Source: Parcubacteria group bacterium (GTDB taxonomy: Bacteria > Patescibacteriota > Minisyncoccia > Moranbacterales > UBA2206). Taken from it: a DNA stretch of 64,000 nucleotides. Where the stretch lies: NCBI GenBank assembly GCA_041659505.1, contig JBAZYF010000005.1:57779-121778 (forward strand), read 5' to 3'. The translations under genes and the position numbers were made by a program. The notes under the pieces were generated by a model. That model saw nothing but the letters and a program-made list of their open reading frames with translations. It did not search any database and was not told the origin of the DNA. Below, piece after piece: positions 58,761-64,000 of the stretch (positions are counted from its first letter, which is position 1; each line of letters starts with the position of its first letter).

Positions 58761-61412
58761 ATGGAATTACGATCTGACGGGCATAGGGTTGATGTTAACA
58801 GAGGCAATCAAGGTGATAATTTCTTTCGCAAGCCAGCTAACGTGGCGATGGATGGCGAAAGAATACCCGATACTAGCACGCCGCGCGGGCCAGAAAGAAT
58901 CAGGGATTCAAAAATTATCCTGCGAATACTGGATAGAATCATTGGCGCTAGTCTTTTTATGCTCATTTTTGGCATCCCGCTTTTTTTCACAGGAGCTGCT
59001 TCTCAAGGGATTGTTTTTGAAAAACAGATTTATTTCTATTTCTGGCTACTACTCGCCCTCATCTCTTGGTCGGCGAAAGGCGTGATTAACGAGGAGATGG
59101 ATATCCGTCGCACTCCGCTCGACATTCCGATCGTTATTTTTTGGTTGGTATATTTGGTATCTTCTTTTCTATCAGTTGATCGCTGGCATAGTTTTTGGGG
59201 TGCCTTTGGTGATCCATCGCGTGGTTTTATGAGCATAACAGCGATGATAATTGCGTACTATTTGATTATCAGTAATTTCAATGAAAAACGGCTGAAATTG
59301 ATGCTGACTGCTTTTATCAGCTCGGGCGCGGTTTTGTCTGTCTGGACACTTTTGCTTTTTTTCAATGTGCCTTTCACGGGCTTCTCTTTCGGCTCTTTGA
59401 TTCCTAATAGTATTGCTCAGTATATTCCACTAAGTCTTGTTGGCAGTGTTGGTGGATTGGGGGTGATTTTCTCTGTAATGATAATTTTGGTTTCCATGGT
59501 GATTCTAAAAGTAGCTGAAAATGAAAATTTGACCGTTGGAAAAAGAAAGGCACTTTTAGGATTTTTGATGTTTATTCTTGTAGCCGATCTATTTTTACTG
59601 CTTAATATCAGTGGTTATGTCATCTGGTCGGGGTTGTTTGTCGGAGTCGTATTATTTCTTGTCTATATCTTGTCAAAAATTGTCCGTCCACATCGCAACT
59701 GGGTCTGGTTGCCGATGGTTCTTTTTGTGCTGATTATGATTGTCAAGATGACCGGTTCAGTTTCTTTAGTATCAGAAAAAATTAGTTTGCCAGTGGAAGT
59801 CAGTCCGGATTCCTTCATGGAAAACTATAAAGCATCGACGACGATTGCCACTAGTTCTCTGAAGCATAATTTTCTGATTGGTTCCGGCCCTGCTACCTAT
59901 TCCTATGACTTCTCTCTCTATAAACCGCAAGCTTTCAATGACTCGATGTTTTATAATTTGCGCTTCTCCCAAGCTTCCGGGCTTTTCTTTGAAGCGATCT
60001 CAACCATCGGCGGGCTGGGAACGATCGCACTACTAATTCTCGCTCTCTCTTATCTTAGTGTCAGCTTTTATCTTATCTCGCGAGACAAAGAGAAAAATAA
60101 GTTGTATTCCCTGGGCGCTTTTTCTGCGGCGATTATTGCACTCGTGGCTGTGGCGACAACGAAGCTGGAGGGCAGCGTTCTGTTTTTTTCCATACTCTTG
60201 GGGATTTTTTCACTCGCAGTAATTTTGTTTGAGAGTGAGGCGAAACCGAGATATTTGGCTCTTTCGCTTAAGGCCTCTCCTAAGTTTGCCTTAGCTTTAG
60301 CCTTCATTTTTATGCTTGTCAGTGCTGGCGTGGCTTTCCTGTTTGTATTTTTGGGAAAAGTATACGTTGCGGATGTTTACGCGGGAAGAGCTGCACAGGC
60401 GTCTAGTCAGAATCAGGAAGATTCCATAATGAAAATGGGAAAAGCGATCGGACTCAATGCTAAGGAGGGCTTCTACTATACCAAAGCCAGTGTTTATTAT
60501 ATGATGCTGGCAAATAAGGAAGCACTTAAATCCGAACAAGAACGCAACGTTGATAATATCAGAAACTACATAAACTATTCTGTTTCAGCTGCTACGAAAG
60601 GATTAGAAATGAATAATAATAGCGTAGAAACGGTCGAGGCGTTGGCGCAGATTTATGAGAATTCAGGAATGTATGTTCCTGACTCATTGAAATTAGCGGA
60701 GTCCACCTATCAAAAAGCCCTCATGCTTGAGCCACATAATCCAAACTATCTTCTTAAGCTGGGACAGATCAAAATCGCCGATGGTGCGACGAAAAAAGAC
60801 GAAGGAGAGCGAAAAGCCCTTTTTAATGAAGCCAAGGATTTTTTCCAAAAATCCGTTTCAGAAAAAAATAACTTCGCTCCTGGCTATTATCAACTATCTT
60901 TGATCCAGGACGCGCTTGGCGAGACGGACAGCGCGATTGAAAATTCAACTAAGGCCGCACAGCTTGATTCTAAAAATTCGGACTATTTGCTCAGTCTGGC
61001 CAACATGTATCGTCTGCGAGCAAAAAATGATGATCTGAAGATTGCTGAAGAAATTTTCAAGATGGTAGTCAAAGCGGATGACAAAAATATCAATGCTCAC
61101 TTCTATCTTGGCTTAGCTTACGAGAAGGACAAAAATAAGGATGGGGCTAAGGAGGAATATCGAAAGGTGGTTGGACTTCTTTCTGGCGATGGTTCTGCTG
61201 ATACAAAAAAGCAATTGGAAAAAATGATCAGCAATATCGACAAGGGAGTGGAGAATACTCCAGAAAATCTTGGTTTGACCACTAATGCTCCGGCGCAAGC
61301 TCCAGTGACACCAGCAGCAGATTCTTACGTCAATCCTAATCCAGGAACAACTCCGCTAGAGCAGGTTCCTCCTGCACCAGAGGTTAATCCCGCAGTACAA
61401 CCGACGCCTTAA
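58761..61412 (+). CDS. Multi-TM (O-antigen ligase-like) protein with C-terminal TPR repeats
   Basis: About 12 TMs, LIGSGPATY..F, TPR helices (ALMLEPHNPNY, AAQLDSKNSDY). Confidence 0.75.
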   Translation: MELRSDGHRVDVNRGNQGDNFFRKPANVAMDGERIPDTSTPRGPERIRDSKIILRILDRIIGASLFMLIFGIPLFFTGAASQGIVFEKQIYFYFWLLLALISWSAKGVINEEMDIRRTPLDIPIVIFWLVYLVSSFLSVDRWHSFWGAFGDPSRGFMSITAMIIAYYLIISNFNEKRLKLMLTAFISSGAVLSVWTLLLFFNVPFTGFSFGSLIPNSIAQYIPLSLVGSVGGLGVIFSVMIILVSMVILKVAENENLTVGKRKALLGFLMFILVADLFLLLNISGYVIWSGLFVGVVLFLVYILSKIVRPHRNWVWLPMVLFVLIMIVKMTGSVSLVSEKISLPVEVSPDSFMENYKASTTIATSSLKHNFLIGSGPATYSYDFSLYKPQAFNDSMFYNLRFSQASGLFFEAISTIGGLGTIALLILALSYLSVSFYLISRDKEKNKLYSLGAFSAAIIALVAVATTKLEGSVLFFSILLGIFSLAVILFESEAKPRYLALSLKASPKFALALAFIFMLVSAGVAFLFVFLGKVYVADVYAGRAAQASSQNQEDSIMKMGKAIGLNAKEGFYYTKASVYYMMLANKEALKSEQERNVDNIRNYINYSVSAATKGLEMNNNSVETVEALAQIYENSGMYVPDSLKLAESTYQKALMLEPHNPNYLLKLGQIKIADGATKKDEGERKALFNEAKDFFQKSVSEKNNFAPGYYQLSLIQDALGETDSAIENSTKAAQLDSKNSDYLLSLANMYRLRAKNDDLKIAEEIFKMVVKADDKNINAHFYLGLAYEKDKNKDGAKEEYRKVVGLLSGDGSADTKKQLEKMISNIDKGVENTPENLGLTTNAPAQAPVTPAADSYVNPNPGTTPLEQVPPAPEVNPAVQPTP

Positions 61413-61512
61413 TTGGTCGTCTTGAAAAAACAAGAAATAAAAATTAAAAAATAAAATTCATCTTGCGGTGGTTCACTTTTGGACCAGCGAAGCACTGCAA
61501 GAGGACAAAAAA

Positions 61513-62208
61513 ATGGACAATATTAAAACCTGGGGGGAGGCCATCACGCTCTCGCTCATTAATGTTGGAGAGAAGATGATGAATTTTTTGCCGACGCTAT
61601 TGGGCGCACTGATCGTGCTTGTGGCTGGCTGGATCATGGCAGTAACACTTGGCAGATTGGTGGCAAAAATGGTTTCGGAATTAGGCGTTGATAGCGCAAT
61701 GAAAAAGATGGGTTTTGGTGGAGGTAAGAGTTCTAAGAATGGCCTTAATCTCACAGTTTCCAATATTGTCGGCGGCCTTTTCGAATGGTTTTTGATTTTG
61801 GTTTTTCTAATGGCGGCGACAGACATTTTGCATCTTGATCAGGTAACGATTTTTCTCAACAAAATAATTCTCTACCTGCCGAACGTTATGGTCGCGGTAG
61901 TGATTCTCACGGCCGTATTTCTTTTGGGAAATTTTGTCTATCACATCGTCAAAGGCAGTACGCGCGCGGCTGGCGTAATGTCAGCAACGCTCCTGGCGAC
62001 AATTTCCAAGTGGGCGATTATCATCTTTGGTTTTTTTGCCGCGCTGATCCAATTGGGTGTGGCTAATTCTCTCGTCAACACAATGTTTATCGGCCTCATT
62101 GCAATGATCGCTCTGGCCGGCGGATTGGCTTTTGGCTTGGGCGGACGCGACGAAGCGCAACTGATTCTCAAAAAACTGCGAGAAGAATTGACGGAAGGGA
62201 GGAAATAG
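61513..62208 (+). CDS. TM-helix repeat protein (CmpX/MscS N-terminal-like)
   Basis: FLPTLLGALIVL, YLPNVMVAVVIL, ALIQLGV, LAFGLGGRD. Confidence 0.8.
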   Translation: MDNIKTWGEAITLSLINVGEKMMNFLPTLLGALIVLVAGWIMAVTLGRLVAKMVSELGVDSAMKKMGFGGGKSSKNGLNLTVSNIVGGLFEWFLILVFLMAATDILHLDQVTIFLNKIILYLPNVMVAVVILTAVFLLGNFVYHIVKGSTRAAGVMSATLLATISKWAIIIFGFFAALIQLGVANSLVNTMFIGLIAMIALAGGLAFGLGGRDEAQLILKKLREELTEGRK

Positions 62209-62228
62209 AAAAATATTATTTTATCCAA

Positions 62229-62265
62229 ATCGTAGAGACGCTCTCGACTAGGCGAGGACGTCTCT
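62229..62265. repeat. GTAGAGACG-type REP; related copy inside ligA at 37265-37291
   Basis: atcgtagagacg..cgtctct. Confidence 0.7.
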
Positions 62266-62334
62266 TTTTTGTGTATTTTTTGTTGTTTTTTGGCGAAAAT
62301 TAGGTATAATAATAGTGTAAGAAAAAATATAAAA

Positions 62335-63738
62335 ATGCAAAACCTAAAACTAAAAATATTTTTTCTGGCAATAATTTTTGGCTGGGTTTTTGGTGTGGCG
62401 GAAAAATCTTTTGGGGCGACGATCAATGCGGTGAGTTGTTCCTATAATGATGTGAGTAGTGCTATTACAGCTGCTTCGCCGGAAGACACTGTTGTCGTTC
62501 CGCAAGGATCGTGCATTTGGAATTCCGGGCTCAATATTACAAAAGGTATTAATCTGATCGGAGGACTGGGTGGCGTAACAACAATTACGGCCGCGACTTC
62601 ATTTGGTGATGATTTTATGATTAAATATTCTCCTACTACTAATAACTTGCAATATAATTATGCCTTTCGATTAAGTGGTTTTACTATTGATGCCGATAAT
62701 AAAGCGCACGGAGTAGTTCTTGGCGGACAGATCGATCCGCCCTATGTCATGCAAGACAAAGTTAGGGTCGATCATAATATTATTCAAAATACGCTTGGAT
62801 ATAAGGGAATCTGGAATTTTTGCAATTTTTATGGCGTTGTCGATAATAATATAATCACTAATGCTGATTATCCAATTAAGAATGACACGCAATCAAGCGA
62901 AGTGAGTTGGTATTCCAATGCGCCCCAAAATATTTTCATATCCGGAACGAATAATTATCTGTATTTTGAGGATAATACTATTACCTATGAAGGCCATCCA
63001 GACGGTTTGGCTCTTGAGTCGCAATTTAATGGCCGTTATGCTGCTCGCTATAACACGATTATTGCTCATGGACCATCCTATTCACTTTTTGAAGCACATG
63101 GCCATCAAGGAGAGGGTTCTAGTGGCGAAACGATGGGTAGTACTTTTGGTGCGGAAGTCTATGGTAATCGGGTTGAGGCGGCGGATTATCATATGATTTT
63201 TTTTAAAACCAGAGGCGGGCGATCATTCATATTTTATAACAGTGTAGCTACAACTTATGTTTTAAGCAATGAAGCTTATGATGGTCTTTTAACTTGCCCA
63301 GCTATTTATGCTTATGAGCAGATGATTCATGATACCTATTGGTGGCAAACTCGCAAAGACTTTACTGGCTCGTTAGCTGAGACAGCTGCTGATCATCCTC
63401 TTGGTGTTACTTGTGCCGGTTTAGCTAATCGTCCAACTCTAGGCAGGGATGTTTTTTCTGATTCTTCCAGCCCTGGAGTCGGATGCGGTATTTTAGAAAA
63501 TCGCCCATTAACATGTATCGTCGGGCAAGGATATTGGGCTACAAATCAGTCCTGTGCTGATTTGACCGGCATGGTTGGAACAAATCCCGCAACGCCAATT
63601 TCCGGCACACTCTATAAATGTACACAAGAAAATACTTGGACAGCTTTTTATACGCCTTATGTTTATCCTCATCCACTGCGCAATGAAAGTAGTGACACCA
63701 CTCCGCCAAGCTCGCCAATTGGACTTATGGTAGAATAA
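62335..63738 (+). CDS. Secreted parallel beta-helix protein
   Basis: Signal peptide; DVSSAITAASPEDTVVVPQG; RVDHNII, GVVDNNII, YFEDNTI, ARYNTI; YPHPL. Confidence 0.75.
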   Translation: MQNLKLKIFFLAIIFGWVFGVAEKSFGATINAVSCSYNDVSSAITAASPEDTVVVPQGSCIWNSGLNITKGINLIGGLGGVTTITAATSFGDDFMIKYSPTTNNLQYNYAFRLSGFTIDADNKAHGVVLGGQIDPPYVMQDKVRVDHNIIQNTLGYKGIWNFCNFYGVVDNNIITNADYPIKNDTQSSEVSWYSNAPQNIFISGTNNYLYFEDNTITYEGHPDGLALESQFNGRYAARYNTIIAHGPSYSLFEAHGHQGEGSSGETMGSTFGAEVYGNRVEAADYHMIFFKTRGGRSFIFYNSVATTYVLSNEAYDGLLTCPAIYAYEQMIHDTYWWQTRKDFTGSLAETAADHPLGVTCAGLANRPTLGRDVFSDSSSPGVGCGILENRPLTCIVGQGYWATNQSCADLTGMVGTNPATPISGTLYKCTQENTWTAFYTPYVYPHPLRNESSDTTPPSSPIGLMVE

Positions 63739-63752
63739 TTCTCAACTAAAAA

Positions 63753-64000
63753 ATGCCAATCAAAAACTTAAAACTAAAAATCTTTTTTCTCGCAATTATC
63801 TTTGGTGGAATTTTTGGAGTGGCGGAAAAAACTTTTGGCGCGACGATCAACGCGGTGAGTTGTTCCCAGATTGATGTTCAATCTGCTATAGATGCATCAG
63901 TGAGTGGGGATACTGTTTCAGTTCCAGCTGGAGATTGCACTTGGAGTTCTGAGGTTACCATTCCTGACTCAAAGGGTATTACGATTGAGGCTAATAGTTC
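63753..64000 (+). CDS. Paralogous secreted beta-helix protein, truncated by the window end
   Basis: MPIKNLKLKIFFLAIIFGGIFGVAEKTFGATINAVSCSQIDVQSAIDASVSGDTVSVPAG.. Confidence 0.8.
   Translation, partial: MPIKNLKLKIFFLAIIFGGIFGVAEKTFGATINAVSCSQIDVQSAIDASVSGDTVSVPAGDCTWSSEVTIPDSKGITIEANS

Overview
64 kb of a bacterial chromosome with almost every gene on the + strand. Gene content and style point to a Patescibacteria/CPR genome, probably Parcubacteria (Moranbacteria-like); this is inferred from the compact type IV pilus operon, gatC-gatA without gatB, SD-less A-rich starts on core genes and abundant small palindromic repeats. The first 35 kb carry three surface-fibre systems: (i) a TasA/SipW-type operon (4588-9128); (ii) an operon of secreted proteins built from an uncharacterised N/T/G-rich ~55-60 aa repeat ('A-N/T-T/S-G-x-N ... 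I/V-x-T-G-x-A ... N-T-N-I/V'), plus a 1707-aa LPETG adhesin that looks like a polyprotein, plus a sortase (10173-20151); (iii) a full type IV pilus cluster (23708-35222) whose last minor pilin ends in a phage receptor-binding-like domain. Operons (i) and (ii) have paralogous long leaders with tandem short-ORF/terminator units. A c-di-GMP-II riboswitch controls the only minus-strand gene (a CAP protein). Housekeeping genes (recO, ligA, gatC, gatA, 3 tRNAs, gyrB) follow; ligA and gyrB carry in-frame repeat insertions. A ~13.4 kb island runs from tRNA-Asp to a degenerate copy of its 3' end. It holds an AT-rich five-enzyme cluster (kinase, nucleotidyltransferase, aminotransferase, CoA ligase, aldehyde dehydrogenase) followed by a TyrRS with atypical ATP motifs and an MccF-like peptidase, a candidate aminoacyl-adenylate-mimic biosynthesis and immunity system. 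All calls were made by eye; no database searches or folding programs were run.
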